DNA from: Leidyana gryllorum EB-2025a | Lineage: Eukaryota; Protista; Apicomplexa | DNA length: 64,000 nucleotides | Direction: 5' to 3' | NCBI GenBank assembly: GCA_048772705.1 | Contig: JBLWGC010000159.1 | Location: forward strand, 238,886-302,885 | Shown here: piece after piece, positions 10,676-22,228 of the stretch | How the letters are laid out: every line of letters begins with the position of its first letter | How positions within the stretch are numbered: position 1 is the first letter of the stretch | Translations under genes and position numbers: made by a program | The notes under the pieces: model-generated | The model's input: the letters and a program-made list of their open reading frames with translations, nothing else | What the model was told of the DNA's origin: nothing | Databases searched by the model: none

Positions 10676-12931
10676 TCAGTTGACTACCTTTGATTTCACG
10701 AGCGAACAGACTTTGTTCAGGTTCGGATAGATTTCTTGATGGTTCTCCCCGACCAGTCGCTTGGAGACCAATGCAGCGTACTCGGAACCAATGTAAACAT
10801 CAACGTAAGTGAGCTGATTGTTCACCAAGTACCCAGCAGGGTGCTGAGTGGACCCAATAACCTTCTCTACCATGGCCAAGACCGAGGGAACTCTTTCTTC
10901 CCTCATTTCCTTGGCTTTCGTCCCGTACTCGGCGCTGTTCGGATCGATATCGTTCAGAACAGCGATCTCATTTGTAACCTTCGACCAAGTGCTATAGATC
11001 ATTTCAGCCTGAGCCCTTCCAAGATAGATAGGTGGGATAAGACTCGCGCGTTCCGCAGCGTACGTCAAACAGCCTCTGACACCTCCAATGAGATGACCAT
11101 CCACCTCCATGTAAGGAGCATCGCCAGTGGGCGAGTTCTTCACATACACATCCCTCCACTCCTCGTTTGTCACAGGACGGTCCACATACTTGACATTCCC
11201 GATTTCCAGTATCTTCTTGACGCAATCTGTTTTAGTGCAACCTTCTGGATAGGTGAGGATCAGATCGAGTCTGCTCTTGGTGTATTCGAAGTTCTTGATT
11301 GCCTCAATGTTCATAACCATGTTGTAAGTACGACGCATGGCCGGGAGCTCGAAACCATCCAGATAGCATCCCAAATAGCTTCTGATGCTCAGATAGACCA
11401 TAGCCACGTATAGATCCGCAAAGGTGAGGGAGTTTGACACCACGTGACCCTCCGCATCCTGATTCTCCGCAACCAGAGGATCGACATTCTTGATATACGA
11501 GACAAACTTCTCATCGATCAAGGCCTTCAGCTTCTCCTTGTCACCCTCGAGAAGAGCATCATATATAAAGGAGAAAGAGTTCTCCAAACTGCGAGTGATG
11601 CCCCATGCTGCAGCGACCTCCAACACATCATCTGGCACCAATTCAGCTCGAGCAGCAGCATAGGCAATCATTCCCATCTGGCCGCGATACTCCTTTCCAT
11701 CGACCTCAATGTACGGCAAATCAAATTTGGGGTTCTCAGTCTTCTTCTGCTCAATTTCCTCAGCACTCAGGATCACCTCCTCATAATCCACCTCGCCGAC
11801 GCTGAGACACCACTTGGCCACCATCGACAAACCCCAGGCGCTCGAGTCGTAGATCACCGGCTTAGCTGGGGTCTTACGATCCATGCGATATCGACGAATG
11901 GGCGGAAGATCGTATACGATTTCGTGGATCGAAACCAGTTTGGGGTAATCCTCTACGCTGATTCCTTTGTTCTTGCATTCGTCGATACCCTGAGCGATAA
12001 TGAAGTCCACATAGGTGAGATGAGGTCCCACGGCGAACCGATGGGAGTTCTCCTTGACAATCGACTCAATCTCGGCGAAGAGCGGCGGGAAAAGAGTCTT
12101 GAGAGCTTCAGCAACCTTCTTCTGGATCTCTTCTATATCCCCGCTCACAAAGCACGGCTGGAGTTTGCGACGGCTTTCATCGATCAGCGCTGTAATGTTG
12201 GCTGCACTGAGCTGCTGATGCTCGTCAGCTGGCCAGAAACCAGCACGAGTAGCAGCGTATTGCATAATGGCATGAGACTGTACGATAGTCTGACCATCAA
12301 CTTCCAAAATGGGCACTTGTTTCAAGGGGCTGTAGTTTTTGTATCGCGCCACCCACTCTTCGCTGGTGATTCTGCGATCCTCGAACGGCACATGACCAGC
12401 CGTGAGCACAAGGCGGATAGGCTCAGCCAGTCCCGCGAAGTCAAAGTAGGTAAGCACAGGAATGCTTCCCCCAACCGGAGGAGCCGGGGGGAAAGGTCCG
12501 CCGTGCCTGGGGCGTCCCCAGGGACCGTGAGCGCCAGGGCCGAAATCAGGTCCCGGACGACCACCCGGGAAGTGAGAACCCCAGTGCGGTGGTGGCATGC
12601 CCCAGTGAGGCGGGTGGGGTGGCATACCCCAGTGGGGATGGCCCCACGGACCGCGGCAATCTCCTGGCGGAGGCGAAGGGCCCCTGGAAGATGAGCGATC
12701 GCGGCATCCACGCTCAGAGTGAGGCGGTGGAGCACTACCCGGCGGCATCGCGGGAGGCGGACCCATTGGTCCCATATGGCCCATCGGTCCCATACCTGGA
12801 GAGCCAGGGCCGTAAGGGAACATGCCTCCGCAATGGGGCATATCGAAGGGCATATGAGGACGATGGGGTCTGTCGAAAGGGCCGTGACGGGAACGATGTC
12901 CGCGATGGCGATGGTGATAACGGTAGGGCAT
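10676..12931 (-). CDS. triple-domain GST with His/Pro/Gly/Trp-rich N-terminal extension (751 aa, intronless)
   Basis: About 156 aa of low complexity, then three GST units: PVLTYFDFAGLAEPIR..QVPILEVDG..QSHAI; KPVIYDSSAWG..DLPYIEVDG; LILTYPEGCTK..DAPYMEVDG. Each has a TYVD/TFAD motif. Confidence 0.92.
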   Translation of the reverse strand: MPYRYHHRHRGHRSRHGPFDRPHRPHMPFDMPHCGGMFPYGPGSPGMGPMGHMGPMGPPPAMPPGSAPPPHSERGCRDRSSSRGPSPPPGDCRGPWGHPHWGMPPHPPHWGMPPPHWGSHFPGGRPGPDFGPGAHGPWGRPRHGGPFPPAPPVGGSIPVLTYFDFAGLAEPIRLVLTAGHVPFEDRRITSEEWVARYKNYSPLKQVPILEVDGQTIVQSHAIMQYAATRAGFWPADEHQQLSAANITALIDESRRKLQPCFVSGDIEEIQKKVAEALKTLFPPLFAEIESIVKENSHRFAVGPHLTYVDFIIAQGIDECKNKGISVEDYPKLVSIHEIVYDLPPIRRYRMDRKTPAKPVIYDSSAWGLSMVAKWCLSVGEVDYEEVILSAEEIEQKKTENPKFDLPYIEVDGKEYRGQMGMIAYAAARAELVPDDVLEVAAAWGITRSLENSFSFIYDALLEGDKEKLKALIDEKFVSYIKNVDPLVAENQDAEGHVVSNSLTFADLYVAMVYLSIRSYLGCYLDGFELPAMRRTYNMVMNIEAIKNFEYTKSRLDLILTYPEGCTKTDCVKKILEIGNVKYVDRPVTNEEWRDVYVKNSPTGDAPYMEVDGHLIGGVRGCLTYAAERASLIPPIYLGRAQAEMIYSTWSKVTNEIAVLNDIDPNSAEYGTKAKEMREERVPSVLAMVEKVIGSTQHPAGYLVNNQLTYVDVYIGSEYAALVSKRLVGENHQEIYPNLNKVCSLVKSKVVN

Positions 12932-13139
12932 ACTGTTGTGGTGGTAAGAAATTTGAAGAACTTTGGTACGAGGACAGGAGGGATTAGACCACTTGTGAGG
13001 GATATGTTTTGATTAAGCTGTTTGAGGGGGTGACAGAGACGCCGTCTCCGTCCGTCTCCCGCATCTGCTCCCACCATTAGATCGAGTGGTGTGCTGGAGT
13101 CAGTGTAGCAAAAAATCTGGGAGTGTACTCACGCTCGAT

Positions 13140-16100
13140 ATGGCAGCCGCAGTTGAGTACGAGAGACTGTCAGAGGATTTGTTAGTTGCCGCTGAATGTT
13201 TGACTGAGAATTGGTCTGATGAGCATTCTCGATTGTATCAGGAGATTTGGAGTTCGTTAGAGTTGATTGTTGGCGAGCTGGTCAAGTCGTCGGTGGTCCA
13301 CTTTGATCAGCTGCTGTCTGTGCTCGTTAGAAGATGGGCGACCCAGTGGCTAGATTTAGTTTCTGACGTTGATGTTGTAGTTCCGTCAGCTCATGCTCCA
13401 GCAGCCCTTTTCTGTCTCGCCCTGCGTCTGCGGCCGGGTAATTCTCTAGTTGAAGTGCTCCCAACTGATCGCAAACTACTGCCAAAGCTGACCAAAGCAC
13501 TCTCCAAGGTATATGGGGTCCAGCTGTATCATACCTCAACAACTGATATTTGTCCATACACTGGTAGACGAGAATGCCCCTACGATCATCAGTTACCGTC
13601 TCCCTGTAAGTGTGTGTGTGCAGCTACATTCCCCAACAATACTGTCCGTCCAGGGGCAAGCTCTGTTTTGTCACTGTACTGGCTGTCAGTGGTGGTGCTG
13701 CTACCATTTCCCATCAAGCCAGAGATATTGGGTGAACTCGCACGATTGGCAATCGCCAATGTCAAACGAGGAGGTCCTGTTGCCGCAGCCGCATTGGCTC
13801 TATTGAGAAACATTGTCGCTCGCGAATCTGGGGATCCCACATCGGATTTCCCATCAACACGGATCGCCAAACTGGTAGAGTTGTGCCACTCCAATGGAAA
13901 CGAAACGGGCGCTGGTCTGGACCGATCGGAGAAGTTTGATCTCCTGGCTGCCTGCCTCGAAGCCAACATCCTTCCGAAGCCGTTGGAGCAACACTATATC
14001 GCTGGTAAGAGTCGGGGAGGAACCCAACTATCTATCATTGCCCCCAGACTTGGTGCTGCGAGAGTATGAGAATGTACCGGTGGACAATCTCTCTTCCCAC
14101 GAAGCAGTGACTGCAGCGGAGATCTTAACCGTCGTTGGGCAGTCCTGTCAAGAGTACGTCACCAATGCTTTTGTGAGAGTTAACATCAGAATCTCTCAGT
14201 AATGTTGGAAGTGGAGAACTGAAAGGTCGAGCTGTCGCTCTCATCACACAGCTCCTGGACGCCAATGTGAGACGCGCTTTTTCACCACTCAGACATATCT
14301 CTCGCTCTCTCTCTTTCTGTACCGCAGACTCACCGCGTTCGATGGTTCGCTAGTCGTGGATTGGCCGAGTTGCTCAAGAATCAGCCTCTCGCACGGAAAG
14401 ACTTTATCAAACGATTGCACCATCTCATTGAAAGAGGGTCGGGTGACTTCTTTGGGGCCCCCTTGGCTGTATTCGCCACCAATACATTGCACGCGGTCCC
14501 AGCCTTCGATCAGGAAGAATGGAGTCTAATTCTATCCAGTGTTATCCGAGTCTTGAAGGAGGCGCCCTCATATTCCAACAGAGCCATTGTGATCGACTCT
14601 ATCTGCTTCTTCGCCTGGCGTCTCGCGCGATCCCGCAAGACTGTGAATGAGGACAACAGACCAATCTTCGAAATCTTCCTCAAGGTGGCTGTCTTCGACC
14701 CCGAGAGGCTATGTCGAGTGGCCGCCACGGCCGTACTGCAGGAGTTTGTTGGTCGCGGACTCGTGGGTGATGGCGGGCGAGCGGCTGGTTTGATTCCGGA
14801 CGCAACTGTCGGGACCGATTTCGACAATCCCGACACAGAAGGAGCTTCTCAACCACCCGGGGTTCTGAGTGACCAACGATATGAAGTCGACGCTGTGGAA
14901 GACGTCACCCGTCATAGCGAGTTTGGCCGCCAATCCGTCCTGGCCGCTGGAATCGAGGCCTTCTTCGAACCCGTCAAGGAGAGAAATTGGCCTTGGCTGG
15001 AGACGCGGATGAAAGATTTACTCAGACGGACGCCATTGACTCTGGAGGAGACTGCGCGAGTACTGCGGCTTTGTGCGAGCCGTCTCGCCGCCATTCGAGA
15101 CCGCCCTGATTGGGAGTTTCATCAGCTGCTGTGTTTTGTATTTGTCGTAAGTGGGAGATCGATCCAACGCGCAATGACAAAATGGGTACACTTTAGATCT
15201 CAAATCCGGAATGTGCGAACTCAAACGAGGACATAGTGTCTCTCATTACCGATTTGGTGATGGTGATCGCCGGACATTTGTATAAGCGCCATGGAGACGC
15301 GTCGGCAACGCCCCCGTCGTGCTCAGAGCGTCGGATAGTCATCAAAGACTGCGGCGTGGCCACTTCATACTCTCTCTTGGTGAGAGTGGTGAGTCTGCTA
15401 TACTGTCAGTCTCCGGTGGGCAATCGCCGGGATGCGGCCGAATCTCTCTTCAAGATGTTGAGACGCCATAAATGTACAGATTGCAAAGTGCTGAGTGATT
15501 TCTTCTGTAATCTCACTCTCTCTGTACCTTCACATCCCTCTCCTATTACTCTCAAGATGCACAGCCGCTATATCAGTCGTGCAGATACAGTGCGCAAGCT
15601 CTGCGAGATTTCTGATGTCGCACTATGCAGCAGATTACTGCTTGCAGCTTTCGACACTGTCAATCACTACGCCCACTTGACAGAGGCGGAGGTACAGTCC
15701 GATCAGCTGGAAGACGAAATGAGAGCCTATATTCAGCTGCTGAAGAGACTGACGCCCTGCAATGTGCTGGTGTCCCCCTTTCTGGTCTGTCTGGATGTCA
15801 TGATGTTCTTGTTGATGCGATATGACTGTATGATGAGTGACATTGGTCAAGAATTCCTGGACTTAGTGCGACTCTTAGTATTTGAGAGTTCCGAAGTATT
15901 GTCACAAAATGCTCTGATGGTCAACGAGTTGTTCAATCGCCGGAGAAGTGGGAGCGGCATTCCGCTCAGCGCCTTCGAGCCATATTTCGTGTCTTTGCGA
16001 CTGGCCAGCCGATCCTTCTCACCTCTGAAAGCGATTCTGCTGAACGACGGGTCAAACGATGTCATCAAACTGACGGTTTGGCTCGGCCCAAAGTACATCG

Positions 16101-16639
16101 AGCACTTCAGTTTGCATAGTGCCAAGTTTCCCAAGGAGAGTGACAGCATATGGGACATTGTCGGTGGTCAAGAAAGCTGTACCTCAGACACTGACTGGGT
16201 GCAGTTGGCGAGACTGAGACTCTGGGGGAGCCTGAGTGGACCCGAGCCGACGCTAATAGAGTGCAGGTCACACCAGAAGCGTGCTCGGCAGGTGTTCGAA
16301 AGTGTGCTTGCCACTTGTCAGAATGGAGACACGATGAAATTGAAGAAAGCAGAGTGGACATTTATCGGGGCGTGCGTTGTTCTAAGGCACGGCGTGAGTT
16401 TCGGACTGTGTGAAGGGTCCGCATTACAGGAAATCCGGCAACCATTAGATTGGTTTTTCTCCGATTGGAGTCGAGCTTCAAGTGAAGTTGTCGGATTTGG
16501 GGCTTTGTCGAGTTTGTGGAGAATTTTACTTCAGTTGCGTATAAAGGGCAAGGCGTTGGGGGGGCTGTTCGAGGAGATTCCAGCGTCTTTGGTGGGGATA
16601 ACTTTGGGGGATTTGGCGGAGTCTTTTGCAGTAGTGTGA
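13140..16639 (+). CDS. TBCD: tubulin-folding cofactor D-like, multi-exon
   Basis: LYWLSVVVLLPFPI, IDSICFFAWRLARS and AVFDPERLCRVAATAVLQEFVGR match recalled TBCD motifs (LLWLS..L.PF; RDAACY..WAFAR; FDR..NCRRAASAAFQE.VGR). Confidence 0.75.
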
Positions 16640-16653
16640 TCTTTTTTGGCGAG

Positions 16654-17961
16654 ATGTTCAGAGCACCAACACGACCCTCAGGCCCCCCGTCCTTCGACAT
16701 GGAACGATTTCAGAGCTCAACTCTGAGCTCTGATAGTTTGGTCAACCGGCCGGTGAAGGCACACACGAGTTCCAAGACACGCCATAATCAAACCGGTCAT
16801 TCTACCCACCGCAGCAGAAGCCGACGTGACCCACCAATTGAGCCGCGTAGACGACCCCGACGGTCGCATCGACGTCGTCGGTCATATTCTTCGAGTTCCG
16901 ATGACTCGAGTTCATCGACATACACCTCCCACTCGAGCCTATTCATAGGCCGAGCCGGTTACAACAATATGAGTACATCCGGTCCGTCGGCGAGTCAAAT
17001 GTATGTACCAGCCAAGGCGCCGTTTATAGCCCCTTCTCATCCGTACATATCCCCGACTGTTGCCCCTTACGTTCAAGCGTCATCGGTGTATTTTAGTGCC
17101 AAAGACGTTCAAGGGACATCTGCAATGCCTTCTCGTCAAATATCAAGTATACCTCCGAATCCCGTAGAAATGACTACGACCCGAACTGTCCCGACGACCG
17201 ATCTTGCGTACGATCGTGCGAGCACATACCGCACTGACCCTTACAAACTCTCCCCGTACGGTGCGGGTTCTACGTCTGCGGCACCCCATTTCGGTGGGGC
17301 CTCGACATCACTAACTGAAGACAGTCACCAGCAGTCCCGGTTGGTTGTGACAGCGCGGGACACCGCTGCAGCAACTCATCCGACGATGATTTCTGTGGCA
17401 GATCTACCACCCCCGAGCTCTGCCAACCCGGGGGCCACCAACAACGACAATAACTCAGCTAATGGACTTTCTATTCAGGGGCTCAGCAGACTCCCAATTA
17501 CCCCAATGGCTGACAATGAGTCAATGTATCCTTCAGTCATCCACACTGCTAATGTATATCCACCTAGTCCAAGTCCACAACCACTGTACCACCACCACCA
17601 CCAACATCATCAAGGGGAGAACTCCTCCTATATACCACAGCATCACCACCAGGACTGCAGCGAGTCGCAAGATTTGGATGTCGAAGGAGTCGTCGGAGAC
17701 TTCAACACAAATGCTCCACATAGGATGGGCATTCAACATCACCTCATCCAACCTAAGCGGCGTGTCTCAAACCAAATTGAGGGAATACGACAAGAGAGCC
17801 TGGAAAGACCCATCGCCAGTTACTACGGAGGGGGTACCGAAAGCTATGACGAACCATCAATTATTTTGAGCAGAGGACCTTCCGCAATCTTCTTGCCAGA
17901 TTTCAGAGGGCGCAGCCGACCTGGCAAGAGAAAGGCAGGCGGGTGCTGTGATGGGCGCTGA
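16654..17961 (+). CDS. low-complexity protein with basic + di-cysteine C-terminus (candidate acylated pellicle protein)
   Basis: ORF from ATG 16654; S/P/H-rich; ends RPGKRKAGGCCDGR*. Confidence 0.7.
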   Translation: MFRAPTRPSGPPSFDMERFQSSTLSSDSLVNRPVKAHTSSKTRHNQTGHSTHRSRSRRDPPIEPRRRPRRSHRRRRSYSSSSDDSSSSTYTSHSSLFIGRAGYNNMSTSGPSASQMYVPAKAPFIAPSHPYISPTVAPYVQASSVYFSAKDVQGTSAMPSRQISSIPPNPVEMTTTRTVPTTDLAYDRASTYRTDPYKLSPYGAGSTSAAPHFGGASTSLTEDSHQQSRLVVTARDTAAATHPTMISVADLPPPSSANPGATNNDNNSANGLSIQGLSRLPITPMADNESMYPSVIHTANVYPPSPSPQPLYHHHHQHHQGENSSYIPQHHHQDCSESQDLDVEGVVGDFNTNAPHRMGIQHHLIQPKRRVSNQIEGIRQESLERPIASYYGGGTESYDEPSIILSRGPSAIFLPDFRGRSRPGKRKAGGCCDGR

Positions 17962-18028
17962 GAAAGTTTCTTTTGTTGCACACACTATCTGAAAGAACAA
18001 AATTAAACCCCCGACCGACATCTTTGAG

Positions 18029-18457
18029 ATGGAGGCTTCAATCTACGGCAATGCCCTCCACTCGGTAGGCCCGGGTGCATTACCCGGGAATAATTATGGC
18101 CAGTCCAGCGTAGCGCCTAATCCTCTCGTTCCAGCCGCAGAGGCATCACGATACATTGGAGATGATCAGCGCGAATATACTGGCGCCGTCAGCCATGTAT
18201 CAGGCGTCGTCCCAACTGGACTATTCACTTCTTACGTTCCTGCAGCCCACATTGCGGGACATGCCCGTCAAGCTGCTTACGCCAGTGCCCAAGATTTCGC
18301 CCGTATTCATGAGAGCCGGATGGCCGAGGTGACTGAAAGGGCTGGTGATGCCCAACCCCTGACCGTATACTACACTGATGATCTGTACCCCCCATACTAC
18401 AGCAAGGCAAAGAAAGTCCGCAGTCAGAAGCGAGGCAAGCCAGGGTGTTGCGAGTGA
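18029..18457 (+). CDS. small protein with basic + di-cysteine C-terminus (candidate acylated pellicle protein)
   Basis: 142-aa ORF ending YYSKAKKVRSQKRGKPGCCE*. Confidence 0.75.
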   Translation: MEASIYGNALHSVGPGALPGNNYGQSSVAPNPLVPAAEASRYIGDDQREYTGAVSHVSGVVPTGLFTSYVPAAHIAGHARQAAYASAQDFARIHESRMAEVTERAGDAQPLTVYYTDDLYPPYYSKAKKVRSQKRGKPGCCE

Positions 18458-18512
18458 ATGAACAACTTTCTTTTTTGATGCTTCGTTCCACAACTAACAG
18501 ATTTACCGACAA

Positions 18513-20409
18513 ATGGGCCTGAGACTGAGCGCAAGATGGGTGCAAGTTGGGGTATATGGCATAGCCCTACTCTTCACCACTGCCATTTACGCTGGCTGGC
18601 AGCAGTTCAGTCTCATTCTCGCTCGTGGCGGTGCCTACCAAAGTTTCTGCTCACCTAACTACCATTTTGACGCTCATTGGGAACCCTGCCCGAAACAAGA
18701 TGAAGCGCTGGGGCTTCTCCTGCCCATAGGTGGGGCTTTAGAGGTCAGTCAAAGCTATATTGGCGCTGCTCTTTGTCAGCATCGTGTTTTTATTCGTCGA
18801 ACGTGCCCATTTACAAGTTGCGTCAACGCTGTTTATCAGCCTTGGTATCTATGTGCCGGATTTCCTTTGCCTATCAATCCATCCATTGCCCCTTAAAGGT
18901 CAAGCAAAAGTGAAATGGTCAGCCAATGTAAATATGTGTGTGTGTGTGTGTGCGCGCGAGTGCGGTATGTGAGGATGTGTGTATGTGTATTTGAGCTTGT
19001 CGCCTGATGTTTATATTATACAGATTGCGGGAGAGCTTTTGGGAGGCTTTGCTCTGGACTTATGGGGCTTATGGCAAACGGCAGCTGTAGGGCTGTTTGG
19101 CAACCTTGTGGCTCTCCTTATGTTTGCTGTTGGCCCTAAAGTCCAGTCTGTGTACCGCCACGATATCTTGCCCCACGCAATGGTGCTTACTGGTCTGGCT
19201 ATCAATCTCATCTATTTTCCGGCTCTGGAGATCCGTCATCTGTTCCCGAATGACCAGTCACTGGCAGTCAGTTTCGTGATTGCCTGTCAGCTGCTAGCTG
19301 AGGTGGTGGCGCCGGTGATCTGGAGTTTCTGGGTTTATGTGACTCCGCACACCTCGATGATGGGTTTGTTGCTGACTTACATTGGTGTCGCCTACATACC
19401 CATGGGGTCTGCATACTTGATACTTCTCTATAAACAGCGCCGGGCTCCCCGTGGCGCTCATCCGTTGCCTGAGACTGATAGGGATGACGATGGAGACGTG
19501 GAGCTGTCGACCATTCCGTCCGATTTAGGTGTCCCATCCGGCGCGTATAACGCACTGAGTCCACAAGGGAGCCCATCGATGGTCGCACGGCGAGCTATGA
19601 ATGCGATCTACTCTTTCACTGTGTCTCCTATGGGCAAGGCGGTACTCTCTTTTCAGTACTTTCTGGTAGTCGTGATCTCTTCGAGTTTTCTAATTCAAGT
19701 AAGCAGCAGTGTTTTGCGCGCGCAGCATTCTGCCACCTCGCTATCCTCACAGGCCTTCCATTACCAAGTGATTTTGCGGCCAATTGCGGGAGCAACGATA
19801 TCGGAGCTGTTGGGATGGTTGATGCCCATTGACAGCATCATGTCTTTAGTGCTCGGTCGTTTGGCTGATATCGTGGGTCCAACGAATGTGATGAAACTGA
19901 CCTCGCTGATGGTAAGGGGACCGTGGCGGTCTAATGTTATTGAACAATCCTCCACCCAAGATGTTACTCGCCTTTGCTTCGCTATTGGTGCCGAGTGCCA
20001 TTGTGCGTGGGCTGGGTGTCATACCATTCGTGGTCGGAATGTCATTTGCCTGGACAGCTAAACACGTTTACATAAACGGTAAGGATGTGTTACGTGTCCA
20101 GTCACCACAATGTGTGTGCAGCGGCGTTCCCGGTTGAAGCTTATGGTCGTCTGGTCGGCATAGCTGGGCTGTGTGCTGGGGTGGCGGTGCTGTTGTCTTC
20201 GCAGATTCTGCAGAAGACGCTGACTCACACCGTTTGGTCGGCCATATTGACGGTGCGTTACGATAAGGAACAGAACAGAAAGAAAAGTTGTGTAGGGGTG
20301 GAGTGTGGTGTGTTTCCTGATTGCGCAGTTTCTGCAACGATACATCACGGCTGAGTCTCGGGGGACCACAACAACCACAGCAGTCAACAAGAATCGTGTG
20401 ACTGTGTGA
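18513..20409 (+). CDS. ApiAT/SLC43(LAT3)-like MFS amino-acid transporter, paralogue 1, multi-exon
   Basis: N-terminal family signature RWVQVGVYG..TTAIYAGWQQFSLILARGGAYQSFC...CPKQDEAL; multiple TMs; FPVEAYGRLVG. Confidence 0.85.
18935..18952. repeat. (TG)9 microsatellite inside a long intron
   Basis: Directly visible dinucleotide run. Confidence 0.9.
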
Positions 20410-20462
20410 CAGCATAGACAGCGACTAATCATCCCCAGTATTAGCACCTCCTTTTTGTGCGA

Positions 20463-22188
20463 ATGTCGTCCTCAGAGATCGGTGTTCCCACCGTTCCTGT
20501 GACGACGAAAGTCAAAGCTCTTTTCTCTCATAGATGGACTCGAGTTGTCACCTACGGCATAGCGGTCACATTCACCAGTTGTCTGTACGCTGGATGGCAG
20601 CAATACTCGTTACTCTTGTTGAAGGGAGGAAAATACGACTGGAAATGCCAACCCGAGGAAGTGGCTATCAATGATGACGGAGTGCCCTCCTGTGCCGCGC
20701 AGGAACGGGCCATCGCAGAGATGTTTCCCTTGGCAGCTGCACTCGAGTTGCTGGGAGCGATCTTTGCGGGCTTTGCTTTAGATCACTGCGGCCCCCGGAT
20801 TACTGCGATACTTGGAGAGGTGAGGCGTCATTGCCGTTAAGCCGTTGAATGTGGGCAATCATCCCTCCCCAGATTGCTGGAGCAGTGGCCATCCTCCTCA
20901 CAATGGTATCAAGTGGCAGCCATCACTTTCTGCCAGCTGCTATGATAATCACCGGAATAGCAATCAACCTGGTGGCTTTTCCGGCTCTGATTCTCGAAGA
21001 CTACTTTCCGTCGGCAGCCGCGACCACAGCCGCCTATGTTGTGTCGTGCCAAGCGTTGTCGTGCATTGTGGCGCCTGTAATGTGGTATCTGTGGAAGATA
21101 TTCGATAACTGGACCTTCAATGGTATGTGGGCGACATACTTGGCGGTCATTTGGCTACCGGCTGGAGTCGTATACGTTCTGACTTTGCCTGCGGCGAGAG
21201 AAGCGCCCAGATTCCAGCCTCCCAGTCCAGTGGCCGTGACATTGGCCCCCGGAGAAATGGCTGAAGAGGATCCGCTGCGACCGCAGCCTCCTCCGCCTGT
21301 CACCCACATCTCTCGCAAGATGTCAATGGTGGCGTTCCTAAAGTGCTGTTGCTCGCCCACTTTCCTCATAATGAATGTGGTTAACATGATTCTCATGTTA
21401 CAGGTAAGTAGAGTGCGACTGCGATTTATGGAGGACCGATTCCTCGTCATGTCACCAATACGTGTCACCAATACGTATACGTACCTCACTCACTCACTCT
21501 CAACTCTATTCATTTCAGACTGCCTATTACCAAGTCATCGTTCGTCCAACATCGGGTGCGCGGTTCTCCGATTTTCTGGGATGGAGTATGCCGACACAAG
21601 CGTTGTGGGGTTTGGTGCTTGGCCGTGTGGTTGATCACATCAAGACACCGGCGATGTGCATTGTGATTTTGGTCATTGTGAGTCAAGTTTCGATCAGAGC
21701 ATCTTATGTGTGGGATCTCCCGCTGCAGTATGCAATGACTTACCTCCTGGTGTTAGCTGGCCGATCAGCCATTCAATATATAACAGCGACTCTCTTTGTA
21801 ATCGCTATGAGCTATGCCTTTACCATTAAATACAGTTTCATCCAAGGTGACCGACGCTCAAAGAGTGATATCTCATTTCTTCTTCCCAATCGTAGAGACC
21901 TATCCGCCTTCGTATTACGGGAAGATGGTCGGCATCTCAGGGGCTGTTGGTGGTGTCTCTGTATTGGCAACGAATCTGTTGCTCGCGTCCATGTCCACGG
22001 AGTTCTGGTGCATCTCACTGGCACTCACGTCCGTGGTTGGTGTGGCAATGAGCACTTATCTGTTCTTGGAAGCCAAGAATCGCGCGACAGATCTGGCAGA
22101 GGAAAAGGTGAAATTACAACCCCAAAGCCCCCCGAACGATGCTACCACTGATGTAGCTAAACCGTCCCTCGTTCTAGTTAGTAGTTAG
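20463..22188 (+). CDS. ApiAT/SLC43(LAT3)-like MFS amino-acid transporter, paralogue 2, multi-exon
   Basis: RWTRVVTYG..TSCLYAGWQQYSLLLLKGGKYDWKC...CAAQERAI; YPPSYYGKMVG; tandem paralogue of the preceding gene. Confidence 0.85.
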
Positions 22189-22228
22189 ATGAACTTTCTA
22201 TTTCTCTTTGCAAATTACTGTAGATCGA

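Noticed and set aside
11444-12694. 416-aa antisense ORF opposite the GST gene
   Set aside because: Shadow frame of a codon-biased gene; GTG start and no recognisable domain.
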